DNA of 64,000 nt from a virus (IMGVR_UViG_2930438282_000001:17042-81041); one strand, 5' to 3'. Shown: positions 35,515 to 44,911, counted from the first letter of the stretch. Numbers and translations: made by a program. The notes: generated by a model from the letters alone, not told the origin.

Positions 35515-36566
35515 TCGGTGCTCGGCCCGGGTGCGGTGTTGTGGGCGTGCTGGGCTTCGGCGATGGCGCGGTGGCTGGCGCAGGTCTTCTCGACTTCGGC
35601 GAGAACGTCCAGCGTGGGGCGGTCGCTGTGGAGTGCGTTGATGAGATCGCCGAGGAAGTCGTGCAGGTCTTCGTCGTCCATGAGCGCGGCCCAGGGCAGG
35701 GCCGGCGGGTAGGTGCGGCGTTCGACGAGGCCCTCGGCAGCCTTGCGGACCTCGGAGACCCACTCGGGTACGGGAAGCGGCTGCTCCCAGCGGAGGGCCC
35801 GCTGCTCGGCCTCGTCACAGAGGTCGCGTACGGCGTCGAGGCAGGAGCTGAGGTAGGCCATCTCCTCGGCGACCGTGGGCTCCGCGCCGACGTACTTCTT
35901 CAGCTCGCGTTCCAGCTGAGCGACGCGGGCCTCGGCCGTGGCCGCGCGACCGTGCATCTTGTTGTAGACCGACCACAGCACGGGCGCCTCGGTGCCTTCG
36001 GCGTATCGCTGGAGTTCGGCGTTCATCTCGCGGAGCCGCTCGTCGGCGCGGCGCAGGCCTTCCTGATGGCGTTCCTTCGCAGCAACGAGCTCGCCTTTCA
36101 CCTCCGCGACCCGAGCCCGAGCCTCGGCCGCGTCGGCCTGGGCTTGGGCCAGCACGGCTTCCTGTCGTTTGGCCGCGGTCCTGGCGAGGTGTTCGGAGGT
36201 GAAGACGCGGGTGCCGTTCTGGCAGGCGGCCGCGCAGGGCCATTGAGTGGTCCAGCTCTCGCCCCAGCAGACGGCGCAGACCCACATGGTGGGGGTGGAG
36301 CTGTCCATGAAGACGGGGGTGTGGAAGCGGGGCGGGAGCGCGGCTCGCTGCTCCTCGGTCATTTCGAGGATCAGCTCGTAGTCGGGGGCGTCCGGTGCGG
36401 GGAGCAGGGTGGCGCGCTGTGCGCACTCGTCGTGGACGACCTGTTCGCCGTTCGCGACTCGGCCGCGGCAGGTGCCGCACGCGGACGGGTCGGCTTGCTT
36501 GCCGCGGGCGGCCGTGTCTTCTGCCAGGGCCTGGGCCCAGAACTCGGTGTCGGTCTGTTCGGTCAT
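35511..36566 (-). CDS. Coiled-coil modular phage protein
   Basis: 351 aa. Confidence 0.7.
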   Translation of the reverse strand: MTEQTDTEFWAQALAEDTAARGKQADPSACGTCRGRVANGEQVVHDECAQRATLLPAPDAPDYELILEMTEEQRAALPPRFHTPVFMDSSTPTMWVCAVCWGESWTTQWPCAAACQNGTRVFTSEHLARTAAKRQEAVLAQAQADAAEARARVAEVKGELVAAKERHQEGLRRADERLREMNAELQRYAEGTEAPVLWSVYNKMHGRAATAEARVAQLERELKKYVGAEPTVAEEMAYLSSCLDAVRDLCDEAEQRALRWEQPLPVPEWVSEVRKAAEGLVERRTYPPALPWAALMDDEDLHDFLGDLINALHSDRPTLDVLAEVEKTCASHRAIAEAQHAHNTAPGPSTE

Positions 36567-36760
36567 TGGGTCGTGTCCTCGGTCGGGCCGATGTACAGGA
36601 AGGCGAAGAGGGCTTGCTGAAGTTCGAAGAGGTCGCGGCCCGATGTGATCTCCGAGTAGCCGTGCTCTTTCAGGACTTTGGCGATGTCGAGCGCGAGCCC
36701 GAGCGTGAAGCGGGAGTCTTCGTGCGGCCGCGGCCGGATGGGGTATTGGCGCTCGTTCAC
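36563..36760 (-). CDS. 65-aa hypothetical
   Basis: GTGA/ATGA coupled. Confidence 0.6.
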   Translation of the reverse strand: MNERQYPIRPRPHEDSRFTLGLALDIAKVLKEHGYSEITSGRDLFELQQALFAFLYIGPTEDTTQ

Positions 36761-38550
36761 CGGGCTACCGCCTGGGGGAATTCGCGCACCTGGAGGTGGC
36801 GTGGCCAGTAGTCGGGGTTGCTGCCCTTGGTGTCGCCGTGGCGAGCGGCTGCCGACTGCTTGGGGTCGCGAGCCCAGGCGGAGCCAAGCTGCTTGACGAA
36901 AACAGAGGTCTCCGCGTGCTGGCATTGCCGAACGAGGTCGGCGGCCCACTCGACTTCCATCGGACGGGCGCCGGGTCCGGACTCGCCGCCGGCGATGACC
37001 CAGTCGATGCCGCGGGCTTCGGCTCGGGTGCGGGAGCCGAAGGAGGTGTACGCGTACTCCCGCTTCGGATCGTTGTCGAGGACCAGGCGGCCGATGTTGT
37101 TCCAGCAGTGCACGTACCGGCCGAGGACCTGGGGCGGGGTGGGGCCGAAGCCGTCGTCCATGCGGAGGGTGGCGCCGAACGGGGGCGCGCCCTGCTGGTG
37201 CATGTCCCGGATCCAGTGCCGGGGCGAGCGGCCCCATTCCTCGGTCCAGAACTCCTCGATCCGGAGGCGGACGTCAGCGGGCACCCAGTCGGGCCACGTC
37301 CACTTCGCCCAGGTGGCCGGGGCCTGGTCGGCCGGCACCGGGGCGATCGGCGGCATCCACCGGGTGAGATCGACGGGGCCGAGGAGCGGTTCGCACGACA
37401 GGAAGCGGACGGCAGCCGGCGTTTCGACGAGGGCCGGGATGCGGAGGTCGGCGCGCTGCTGGTCCTCGACGGACACGCCCAACCAGACTCCGGGCAGAGG
37501 CCACTGGAACTCGGCGGCTGCGATGTCGCGCCACTGTCGGCCCTGGGCGATGTTGGACACCTGCGTGTCTGAAATGCCAAATTCTTTGGCGAGCGCTGTC
37601 CTCGACTCGCCGGCCGCAGCCCTGCCCTTGATCTGCCGGGACTGTTCTTCGCTCAACTTCGAGTACGAGCGGCGGTTGCCGTGCCGCTTCCGGTCATCCC
37701 AGTTCACTTCCTGCGTGCCCCACCGCAAGTTCGGCAGAGCGTTGTTGGTTGCATCTCCATCGATGTGGCATCCCTGCTCGCCGCGATCCGCAGCCCGGTC
37801 GAAGGCAGCCAGCACCAGCCTGTGGACGAGCTCCCGGTGGACCTCGCCGTCTCGGTAGAGCGTCACCCTCTGATGGCCTTGTTCACCGGTGTCCGGGCTC
37901 ATACGACGCCGGGTGTCAGCGGGCTCGGTCCAACGGCCCATCTTCTTCTCGTAGGCCGCCTTCTGACGGCAGGTTCCGGAGCAGTAGCGCCGCCGCGCCT
38001 CGGCCTCAGCGGGCAGAGAGCCTTGGCACCAGAGGCAAGAGTCGCTGCCGCGGATCGTGTAAACGTGCCCGTAGTCCGACACCAGGTATCCCGGGTATCC
38101 GGGGGCAGCCACGACTTTCTCCGCGCCCATGGCCTCGATCTGGAGCCGGACTTGGAGGACGTCTACTTGGCGGCGAACCTCGCCGACGAACTCGGAGGAG
38201 TTCATCAGCGACCGCATGCGGCCGTGGCGTTTGGTGAGGATCTGGTAGGTGTGCTGGGGCGTCAACGCCATGATCGCGAAGGCGCGGGCGATGTGGTCGT
38301 CGGGGATGTCCTTGTGGAATAGGTCGGACATCGAGTTGACGAACACGCGGCGCGGCTTTCGCCACTTCAGCGGGAGCGTCAGCCGCTCGGGCCGCAGGGT
38401 CAGGTCGAAGCCGTTCTCGAAGTGGTGGCCGGCTGTGCCGCGGAACCGCTCGGAGAACGTCTCGGCGTAGCAGTTGTCGCAGCCCGGGGAGACTTTCGTG
38501 CAGCCGGTGACGACGTTCCAGACCTGATCGGTCCATTCGATCTTCGTCAC
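36757..38550 (-). CDS. DUF5131 (gp37/gp68, radical-SAM-like) with in-frame HNH insertion
   Basis: TKIEWTD, GCTKVSPGCDNCYA, FVNSMSDLFH, WLGVSVE, FLSCEPLLG, DWVIAGGESG, FVKQLG; 597 aa. Confidence 0.9.
   Translation of the reverse strand: MTKIEWTDQVWNVVTGCTKVSPGCDNCYAETFSERFRGTAGHHFENGFDLTLRPERLTLPLKWRKPRRVFVNSMSDLFHKDIPDDHIARAFAIMALTPQHTYQILTKRHGRMRSLMNSSEFVGEVRRQVDVLQVRLQIEAMGAEKVVAAPGYPGYLVSDYGHVYTIRGSDSCLWCQGSLPAEAEARRRYCSGTCRQKAAYEKKMGRWTEPADTRRRMSPDTGEQGHQRVTLYRDGEVHRELVHRLVLAAFDRAADRGEQGCHIDGDATNNALPNLRWGTQEVNWDDRKRHGNRRSYSKLSEEQSRQIKGRAAAGESRTALAKEFGISDTQVSNIAQGRQWRDIAAAEFQWPLPGVWLGVSVEDQQRADLRIPALVETPAAVRFLSCEPLLGPVDLTRWMPPIAPVPADQAPATWAKWTWPDWVPADVRLRIEEFWTEEWGRSPRHWIRDMHQQGAPPFGATLRMDDGFGPTPPQVLGRYVHCWNNIGRLVLDNDPKREYAYTSFGSRTRAEARGIDWVIAGGESGPGARPMEVEWAADLVRQCQHAETSVFVKQLGSAWARDPKQSAAARHGDTKGSNPDYWPRHLQVREFPQAVAR
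37520..38130 (-). mobile_element. NUMOD4-Zn finger-HNH-HTH homing endonuclease module within DUF5131 (approximate ends)
   Basis: PGYPGYLVSDYGHV; VHRLVLAAF..CHIDGDATNNALPNLRWGTQEVN; SKLSEEQ..LAKEFGIS. Confidence 0.8.
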
Positions 38551-38939
38551 GCGGTCACCGCCGTGCGAGTGCAGGGCCAGGGTTCGGCGCGGGTGATCTC
38601 GCCTGAGTCGTTGATCTCGGAGTGCGTGACGCAGATTGCAGACACCTTGACCCCCTGGCAGTAGCCGGACGCGTCGAGCTCGTGGCCGCACTCCATCTCC
38701 ACGCACAGGGCGTCCCCGCCGATGGCCGTCACTGGCCGGCAGGCGGGTTCGGGTGCGGTCGGCGCGCAGTTGGGGCACTCGCGTCGGACGTCCGGCAGTG
38801 GGCCACCGTTGATCGCGAGGTTCATCTCCTGGTCGGTGATGTCTCCGAGGAGTTCGCTGCAGCCGTTGCAGGCCCGTTTCGTTTTGATCGTTGTCGAGCC
38901 GTCCTCGTTGACCCGGTCCGGGGTGTTCGGGCGCGTCAC
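38547..38939 (-). CDS. Cys-rich hypothetical
   Basis: 130 aa, multiple CxxC, coupled. Confidence 0.65.
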   Translation of the reverse strand: MTRPNTPDRVNEDGSTTIKTKRACNGCSELLGDITDQEMNLAINGGPLPDVRRECPNCAPTAPEPACRPVTAIGGDALCVEMECGHELDASGYCQGVKVSAICVTHSEINDSGEITRAEPWPCTRTAVTA

Positions 38940-39436
38940 GACGAGACCTCCCCGCTCACGGCGGGCGGCTGCACGCCGTCGTACTCGTGGTTCCAGTGGT
39001 TGATGTTCCGGAAGCCGATGAACGTCCAGCCCGCGGTGTCGGTGTGCCAGCCGACGGCGACGCGCTCGCCGCCGTTGGGGTGGGTGGTGACAGCGACGCA
39101 GCGGAAGGTACTGCCGTCACGGTGGGTGTAGCTGTGACCGGGCTCGAAGAAGTCGGGAGTGGCGACGGCCGCGCGGCTGCTCTTCTCCCGGTTTCCGGGC
39201 ATCGTCGCGAGAATCTCGTCGATGCCCTGGTGGAGTTCGAACGGTGTGCCTCCGCCCCACTGGCGGGCGAACATCACGGCCATGGCGAGGCAGTCGCGCT
39301 CCGCCGTGACGTCACCGTTCGCGGCGAGCACTTCGGCGCGGAAGGCGTCGACTACGGCCTCGGGCGTTTCGGGCGCGCCGTCGTTCCGCTCGGTCCACTG
39401 CCGGACGATCTCGATCAGGGTGTCGCGGACCGTCAT
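38936..39436 (-). CDS. Hypothetical
   Basis: 166 aa, coupled. Confidence 0.65.
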   Translation of the reverse strand: MTVRDTLIEIVRQWTERNDGAPETPEAVVDAFRAEVLAANGDVTAERDCLAMAVMFARQWGGGTPFELHQGIDEILATMPGNREKSSRAAVATPDFFEPGHSYTHRDGSTFRCVAVTTHPNGGERVAVGWHTDTAGWTFIGFRNINHWNHEYDGVQPPAVSGEVSS

Positions 39437-40287
39437 GCCGATACCCCCGCGGGCTTCTGGGCGGCGTCGTACTGCGCGATGCCCCACACGGCGGCGTGGC
39501 ACTGGTACAGGAAGTGGTAGTCCAGCTTGCGGATGTTCCACTCGGTGAAGTCGTCGAACGTGAACCCGCCGGTCTGCCGGACGTTGACCTTGTGCTTCGG
39601 CCCGCTGCCGTGATGCGTGAGCGCGTTCCAGCAGACTGCGGAACTGTACGAATCGTGCTCAGCGCTCTCACCGCACGAGCACTCGGACCGGTACCGCATA
39701 CCGAGCTGGAACTCGCTCACCAGCCGCAGAGCGTTCTGCTCCTCGTCCATCCAGTGGCTGTCGAGGATCTCCTCACGGGCCTTGCTCTCCAGGCCATCCG
39801 GAGCCCACCCGTCGCGGACCGCCTCCGCGACCAGCTCGTTGATCGCCTGCTCCAGGCGCGCCCGGTCGTACTCCTCCACGGACTGGCGGCCGTTGACGAG
39901 CTTGCTCGCCCACGAGGCCGGGCTGACCCGGGCGCCGCGCAGCCAGTCGAACATGTCCTCGGTGTCTTTGCCGTACCGCTCGAAGTGGAAGCTGCCGTGG
40001 CTGCCTGCGACGAGCAGGTTGTAGGGCCAGGTGACGAGGACGAGGCGGGACAGGCCGGCGAGGCCGACGAATTCGAGGTGGCGGAAGACGCCGTCCTCGC
40101 GGCACTCCTTGAGCTTGTGGGTCTTCGCGTCGTCGGCGAAGTGGGCGGCGGCGCGGGCTTCGTCCGTGGCGGGGGCGTGGTGGGTTTCCGGTGACCCGCC
40201 AGGCGGCGTGCGGGGGTCGATTGGCCCCTCTGTCCGTCCGGGCTGCTGTTCGGCCCTCTCCGGGGCTCCTGTGGCTTCGGTGGTCAT
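39433..40287 (-). CDS. Conserved phage hypothetical
   Basis: DGVFRHLEF..LVTWP..; 284 aa; RBS AAGGA. Confidence 0.7.
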   Translation of the reverse strand: MTTEATGAPERAEQQPGRTEGPIDPRTPPGGSPETHHAPATDEARAAAHFADDAKTHKLKECREDGVFRHLEFVGLAGLSRLVLVTWPYNLLVAGSHGSFHFERYGKDTEDMFDWLRGARVSPASWASKLVNGRQSVEEYDRARLEQAINELVAEAVRDGWAPDGLESKAREEILDSHWMDEEQNALRLVSEFQLGMRYRSECSCGESAEHDSYSSAVCWNALTHHGSGPKHKVNVRQTGGFTFDDFTEWNIRKLDYHFLYQCHAAVWGIAQYDAAQKPAGVSA

Positions 40288-40346
40288 CTGGTGTTGTCCT
40301 TGCGTGTTCGGTCGGTGGGGTTACTGACTGGCGGGTCAGTAGTGGT

Positions 40347-40583
40347 TCAGGCTGTGGGTGGGGCGGTGAGCGTGGCGGCGATCCGGGCGTGTGCGCGTTC
40401 GCGACGTCTGGCAAGTTCGCGGAGGGTCTGGCATGCCGCGCGTAAGCGAGCGCAGTGCTGCTCGTTCCGGGCGATCAGCCAGTCGCAGATGGTCTCGGTG
40501 TTGTACTTGGCGATCTCATCGACCGAGAGGCGGAGGAGCCGTGCGGTACGTGCTTCGGCCTCGTCTTCGTCGGGCGTGGTCAT
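40347..40583 (-). CDS. 78-aa hypothetical
   Basis: ATGA coupled. Confidence 0.55.
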   Translation of the reverse strand: MTTPDEDEAEARTARLLRLSVDEIAKYNTETICDWLIARNEQHCARLRAACQTLRELARRRERAHARIAATLTAPPTA

Positions 40584-40819
40584 GCGCTGTGCCTTTCGTG
40601 GTCGGTGACGAGGTGGAGGCCGGGGGCTTCGGGGTCGGGTTCCTGGTAGTGCCAGCCGTCGATGCCTTCGAGGAGGTCGGCGAGGTGCTGGGCTTGCTCT
40701 CTGGGGGTCCAGGGCTCGATCTGCCGGGGTGGCGGGGGCTCGGGTTCTGGTGCGGGTTGCGCGTCGCCGAAGGTGCCGGTGGGCCATTGCTCGTCTTGGA
40801 GTCGTTCGTAGGCCGTCAT
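40580..40819 (-). CDS. 79-aa hypothetical
   Basis: ATGA coupled. Confidence 0.6.
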   Translation of the reverse strand: MTAYERLQDEQWPTGTFGDAQPAPEPEPPPPRQIEPWTPREQAQHLADLLEGIDGWHYQEPDPEAPGLHLVTDHERHSA

Positions 40820-41772
40820 GCGGGTGCCTCCAGGTCGAGCACGCCCTGTGCGAAGCGGTCGCGAGCGAGGTCGTGGTAGGCGGGGTTGAGGTCGATGCCG
40901 ACGTACTTCCGGCCGAGCTGTCGGGCCGCGGCGCCGGTGGTGCCGGAGCCGCTGAAGGGGTCGAGGACGGTTCCGCCGGGGCGGCAGCCGGCCTGGATAC
41001 AGCGGCGGGGCAGGTCGATGGGGAACACGGCGAAGTGGGCGGCCGGGTAGGGCCTGGTCGGGATGGACCAGACGTCTCCGGGGTTCCGGCCGAGGGGGTG
41101 GCCGTCGACTCCGGGCTCGTCACGCTGCGAGGTGGAGTGGGTCTGTGCGGGCAGGATGCCGAGCTTCTGCCGCTCCTTGTGACCTCGAGGCCTGCGCTGC
41201 GGGCGCATGGTGTGTGGCTCACGGATGGCGTCGAGATCGAAGCTGTACCTCGAGGCCTTGGCGAAGAGGAACAGGTGCTCATGCCGCGTCGACAGCCGGT
41301 CCTTGATGCTCTCCGGCATGGCGTTCGGCTTGTGCCAGATGATCTCGTTGCGGAGGATCCAGCCGTCGTCTTGGAGCGCGAACGCCACGCGCCACGGGAT
41401 GCCGAGCAGGTTCTTCGCGTTGGTCGGCCGACTCACCGGGCCCGCGGCCGCGGCGCCCATCTTGTCGCTGCGCTTCGTGGTGCCGTCGCCGGAGCGTTGA
41501 GTGGCGTAGCTGTCGCCGAGGTTCAACCAGAGCGTGCCGTCGTCGGCGAGCACGCGCCGGGCCTCGGCGAAGAGCTGGCGCATCGTTTCGACGTATTCGG
41601 CGGGTGAGGCCTCGAGGCCGTACTGCCCTTCAGCGCCGTAGTCGCGGAGCCCGTAGTAGGGCGGTGACGTGACGATGCAGTCGATGGATGAGGCCGGCAG
41701 GGTGCGCGAGGCCTCGAGGGCATCGCCGAGGAGAAGCGTCACCTGCTCGTCGCGGTAGTAGGGCTGGCTCAC
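40816..41772 (-). CDS. Orphan N4-C/N6-A DNA methyltransferase (beta class)
   Basis: TSPPY before VLDPFSGSGTT; IIWHKPN. Confidence 0.93.
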   Translation of the reverse strand: MSQPYYRDEQVTLLLGDALEASRTLPASSIDCIVTSPPYYGLRDYGAEGQYGLEASPAEYVETMRQLFAEARRVLADDGTLWLNLGDSYATQRSGDGTTKRSDKMGAAAAGPVSRPTNAKNLLGIPWRVAFALQDDGWILRNEIIWHKPNAMPESIKDRLSTRHEHLFLFAKASRYSFDLDAIREPHTMRPQRRPRGHKERQKLGILPAQTHSTSQRDEPGVDGHPLGRNPGDVWSIPTRPYPAAHFAVFPIDLPRRCIQAGCRPGGTVLDPFSGSGTTGAAARQLGRKYVGIDLNPAYHDLARDRFAQGVLDLEAPA

Positions 41773-42089
41773 TGCGGCAGCTCCGCTTGGGCGGGGGTGT
41801 GCTGTCCGCACTCCCAGTTCGTGCCGATGTGCTGGCGGTAGTGCCGCATGGTGATCAGTTCGGTGGTGTCGACGGTGATGCCTTCGCGTTCGGCCGCGGT
41901 CCGCTCACGTTTCCCGGGGTTGAGGTGCTCGTGGGCTTGCTGGGCGGTTGCGACGACTCGGCTGCCGGAGACGGCGACCAGTGCGGAGACGATGCATCCG
42001 CAGGGACGGCGCTGGATCCATCCGCATTCGTCGAGCGGGACGGACTGGCCGTCAACGGTGACGGTGAGGCCGCTGGGTTTGGTGGTCAT
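41769..42089 (-). CDS. Hypothetical
   Basis: 106 aa, coupled. Confidence 0.6.
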   Translation of the reverse strand: MTTKPSGLTVTVDGQSVPLDECGWIQRRPCGCIVSALVAVSGSRVVATAQQAHEHLNPGKRERTAAEREGITVDTTELITMRHYRQHIGTNWECGQHTPAQAELPQ

Positions 42090-42322
42090 CGGGTGGCTTC
42101 CTGCTCGGCGAGTTCCATGCCTGCAGCGGGGCTGAACGGGACCGCACCGACGACGGGCCAGTCCTTGATGGCCTCGTCGGTCTCGTAGCCGGTGGAGCCC
42201 CAGCGGTCGGTGACCATCCAGCGGGCCGGGTGCGGCGGGGACGGCCAGAGCACGGCAAGGCAGGTGCCGTTCGGGGAGCGTCGTACGGCTCCGATCAGGT
42301 CGGCGGCAGGCTGGGAGGTCAT
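42086..42322 (-). CDS. 78-aa hypothetical
   Basis: ATGA coupled. Confidence 0.55.
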   Translation of the reverse strand: MTSQPAADLIGAVRRSPNGTCLAVLWPSPPHPARWMVTDRWGSTGYETDEAIKDWPVVGAVPFSPAAGMELAEQEATR

Positions 42323-42654
42323 GTGGCTTCCGTTTCGAGTGCGTGGGCGATGGCGGCGGCCGGGGCGGGGACGGATGCCGGTCCGTGGCGTGCGGCGTGG
42401 GCGCCGGTGGCGTCGAGCCACTCGGCGAGCTGGAGGGCGAGTTGGGGGGTGAGGAGGCCGGCGAGTTGGGAGCAGATGCCGCCCATGCCGTTCTCGAAGC
42501 CGTCGCGCCACGCGGTGGCGGGGTCGTAGCACTTCCAGAAGCTGTCGGTGTCGAGGTCGTGCTGTGCTGCCTGGGCGGTGCGGCGGAGGCGTGCGGCGGC
42601 CTGGTGGAGACGGAGGGCGGGGCTGGGGGGCGGGAGCTGGGCGGGGAAGGTCAT
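42319..42654 (-). CDS. Hypothetical
   Basis: 111 aa, coupled. Confidence 0.6.
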   Translation of the reverse strand: MTFPAQLPPPSPALRLHQAAARLRRTAQAAQHDLDTDSFWKCYDPATAWRDGFENGMGGICSQLAGLLTPQLALQLAEWLDATGAHAARHGPASVPAPAAAIAHALETEAT

Positions 42655-42812
42655 TGGTCGTCTCCGGTCTGGCGGTTGAGGGTGGTCCAGGCGGTGATGC
42701 GGGCGTCGTGGCTGGGGATCGAGATATGGCCGCCACTGGGTCGGGTGCAGCGTTGGCCGGGGCTGGCGTTGCACCAGGGGCAGCGGATTGCCCATTCGGG
42801 GTGGTCGGTCAT
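42651..42812 (-). CDS. 53-aa phage zinc finger
   Basis: IRCPWCNASPGQRC..SHDAR. Confidence 0.65.
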   Translation of the reverse strand: MTDHPEWAIRCPWCNASPGQRCTRPSGGHISIPSHDARITAWTTLNRQTGDDQ

Positions 42813-43474
42813 GGGCTTCTACCGCTCTGGCGGTTGAGGGCGGCGGCGGAGACGGCGCGACGGCGTGCTTCCTCGGCCTGGGCGGTGGCGGGGTCGTGGT
42901 GGTCGTCGGCGCGGGCGCCGTGAGGGGTGTGGCGGGGGTCGCCATCGGGGAGGCGGCAGGGTCGTCCGATAGGGGCTTTGCATTTGGGGCATTCGCGGCC
43001 GAGGGGTCCGGGCCGACGGATGCTCCGGGGCTCGGTCGTGGTGCCGTCTTCGGTCGGTACGGGCCGGCCGATCGCGGCGAGCTGCTCGACGACGGTGGGG
43101 TGTGGGCCGCCTTCGAGCGCGGGGGCGGTGGTGGGGGCGGGGATGCTGCCGCTGCCGACGGCGTGCTGTTGTCCGCGGAGGCGCTGGATGTAGTGCGGGT
43201 CGGTGTCGCCGGTGGGGGGCGTGTACACGAAGTTCGCGAGGCGTTCGGCGCGTAGGGCGGCGCGGTGTGTGCGGACGTCGTGGGGCTGGATCCACAGGCG
43301 TTGGCCGTCTTTGGGCGGGGTGCCGTAGAAGCGGGCGACGGCGTCGAAGCAGTCGTCGTCGAGGGGCACGTCGTGGAGGGCTCGGGCCCACGCGCGGCGT
43401 GCGATCTGGGAGGGCTGCCGGTTGTCGAAGGCGGCGCAGGCAGCGAGGAGTTTCGCGGCGTCGTCGGGGGTCAC
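42809..43474 (-). CDS. Helicase loader/inhibitor-like protein with C-terminal Zn finger
   Basis: TPDDAAKLLA..FDNR..AW..AL; CPKCKAPIGRPC..H; follows initiator. Confidence 0.65.
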   Translation of the reverse strand: MTPDDAAKLLAACAAFDNRQPSQIARRAWARALHDVPLDDDCFDAVARFYGTPPKDGQRLWIQPHDVRTHRAALRAERLANFVYTPPTGDTDPHYIQRLRGQQHAVGSGSIPAPTTAPALEGGPHPTVVEQLAAIGRPVPTEDGTTTEPRSIRRPGPLGRECPKCKAPIGRPCRLPDGDPRHTPHGARADDHHDPATAQAEEARRRAVSAAALNRQSGRSP

Positions 43475-44361
43475 GGGCTCTCCTCTCCTGAGGCGAGGGC
43501 GAGCCAGCCGGCTACGCGTTCGTCGGTGGTGGAGCGGCGGGTGGTGGGCGGGGGTGTCTGGGCTCCGCCTTCGAGGGGGACGAGGAAGGTCCCTTGGGTG
43601 TGCTGGGCTCGTTGTGCGGCGCGCTTGACGTCGTCGCGGATCCACTTGCGCCAGGCCTCGGGCCAGTTCTGGCGGCGTGTGCCGGTGGAGCGGTAGTGGG
43701 AGACGAACTGGGTGGTGGAGAAGTCGACGTCGATGACGGGGCCGAAGGTCTGGACGACCCAGCGGCGCATGGCGTCGGTTACGTGGAAGCCGTCGATGTC
43801 GATGGGTGCGTCGGCGTGGTGTTCGGGCCTGGGCTCAGGCGCCTCACTACCTGCACTTTCACCACCTACATCAGCCATGTCTTTAGGTACGGGTCGGGTC
43901 GGGTCGGGAACGCGCGCGCGTGGGGCAGCGTCTCCGGGGGCGTCTCGCGACGCGTCTTGAGACGTGTCTGTAGACGCATCTACATCCGGCTTGCTGTTGG
44001 GGGGTGTCGGGTCGGGGGTCCCGCCGCGCTTCTTGTCGCGCCACCGCTGTTGACGTGCGGTTTTCGCCTTCCGGTCTTCGCGGACTTGTGAGGCGGTGGG
44101 GTTGTAGTCGTGGTAGTCGTGGATCTTCCAGCCGACCCCTTCGATGACTTCGAAGAGTCCAGCTTCGACGAGTTCTTTCGCGCGCGTTCGTGCTGCCCTC
44201 ACGTCCGCTACGAGTCGCAGTTCTGCCGTCTTCACGACGCCGTCAGTGAGGTTTTCTGCCGACCAGCAGATCGCGGAGACGTAGAGACGGAACGCTCCGT
44301 CGCTGATGAGTCGCACCTTCCGGTTCGAGGGGAACCGGTCGTCGAGTCGTGCCCAGGGCAT
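43471..44361 (-). CDS. Phage replication initiator protein
   Basis: MPWARLDD..; wHTH-like N-term, IHDYHDYNP, C-term FVSHY..NWPEAWRKW. Confidence 0.75.
   Translation of the reverse strand: MPWARLDDRFPSNRKVRLISDGAFRLYVSAICWSAENLTDGVVKTAELRLVADVRAARTRAKELVEAGLFEVIEGVGWKIHDYHDYNPTASQVREDRKAKTARQQRWRDKKRGGTPDPTPPNSKPDVDASTDTSQDASRDAPGDAAPRARVPDPTRPVPKDMADVGGESAGSEAPEPRPEHHADAPIDIDGFHVTDAMRRWVVQTFGPVIDVDFSTTQFVSHYRSTGTRRQNWPEAWRKWIRDDVKRAAQRAQHTQGTFLVPLEGGAQTPPPTTRRSTTDERVAGWLALASGEESP
43929..43988. repeat. 12-bp iterons in initiator gene (candidate origin)
   Basis: Five units, consensus CGTCTNNNGACG (palindromic). Confidence 0.55.
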
Positions 44362-44469
44362 CGGCGCTTCTTTCGGGGGTTGTTCTGGATCGGGGCATGG
44401 CGAACTTCCCTGCTGTTCAGGGCGGCTTGACTGCCCTTCTCGCTGACGCCATGATGTCCCTAACTTTAA

Positions 44470-44517
44470 AGATTGGCAAGCTTGGCAAGATTGGTGAGAT
44501 TAACCATGACTTACACT
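44470..44517 (+). promoter_or_regulatory. 9-bp tandem repeats and leaderless promoter of antitoxin-like gene
   Basis: AGATTGGCA AGCTTGGCA AGATTGGTG AGATTAACC; TACACT 6 nt before ATG. Confidence 0.55.
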
Positions 44518-44523
44518 CTGGCC

Positions 44524-44823
44524 ATGGCTGCTGACCAGGGCATTCAGATCGCGGACGACGGCACTCCCGAAGTGGCGATGACCCACGCCCGGGCGAACCT
44601 GACCCAGCTCCTGAGGGAGGTCCGCTACGGCAAGAAGCCGGCCGCCTTCACCGAACGGGGAGAGCGCAGCGCCTACGTCGTGCCGCCGGAGTTCTACGAG
44701 CAGGCCGAGTCCGACCGCCGCTTCCGAGCTGCCTTCCACGAGGTGATGGAGCAGTTGCCGCCGGCCGAGCGGCCGCAGAAGCTGCTGGAGCTCCTGGTGA
44801 AGAAAATCGACGAGCTCGACTGA
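44524..44823 (+). CDS. Phd/YefM-family antitoxin-like protein (orphan)
   Basis: VAMTHARANLTQLLREVRY..FTERGERSAYVVP. Confidence 0.8.
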   Translation: MAADQGIQIADDGTPEVAMTHARANLTQLLREVRYGKKPAAFTERGERSAYVVPPEFYEQAESDRRFRAAFHEVMEQLPPAERPQKLLELLVKKIDELD

Positions 44824-44848
44824 CATCGCGCCTCCTCTCGCCCTCCGG

Positions 44849-44873
44849 GCCCCGCACCGTTGTGCGGGGCTTT
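44849..44873 (+). terminator. Intrinsic terminator
   Basis: GCCCCGCAC-CGTT-GTGCGGGGC-TTT. Confidence 0.65.
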
Positions 44874-44911
44874 GTGATGTTGTGGAACCGTTCCTGCAAG
44901 ATCCGCCCGTT

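Noticed and set aside
37520-38130. Intein in DUF5131
   Set aside because: No N-terminal Cys/Ser block, TxxH or His-Asn + Cys/Ser/Thr junction visible
40816-41772. Restriction-modification system
   Set aside because: No adjacent restriction endonuclease; orphan methyltransferases are common in phages
44524-44911. Complete type II toxin-antitoxin pair
   Set aside because: No toxin ORF next to the Phd-like gene; a terminator follows directly
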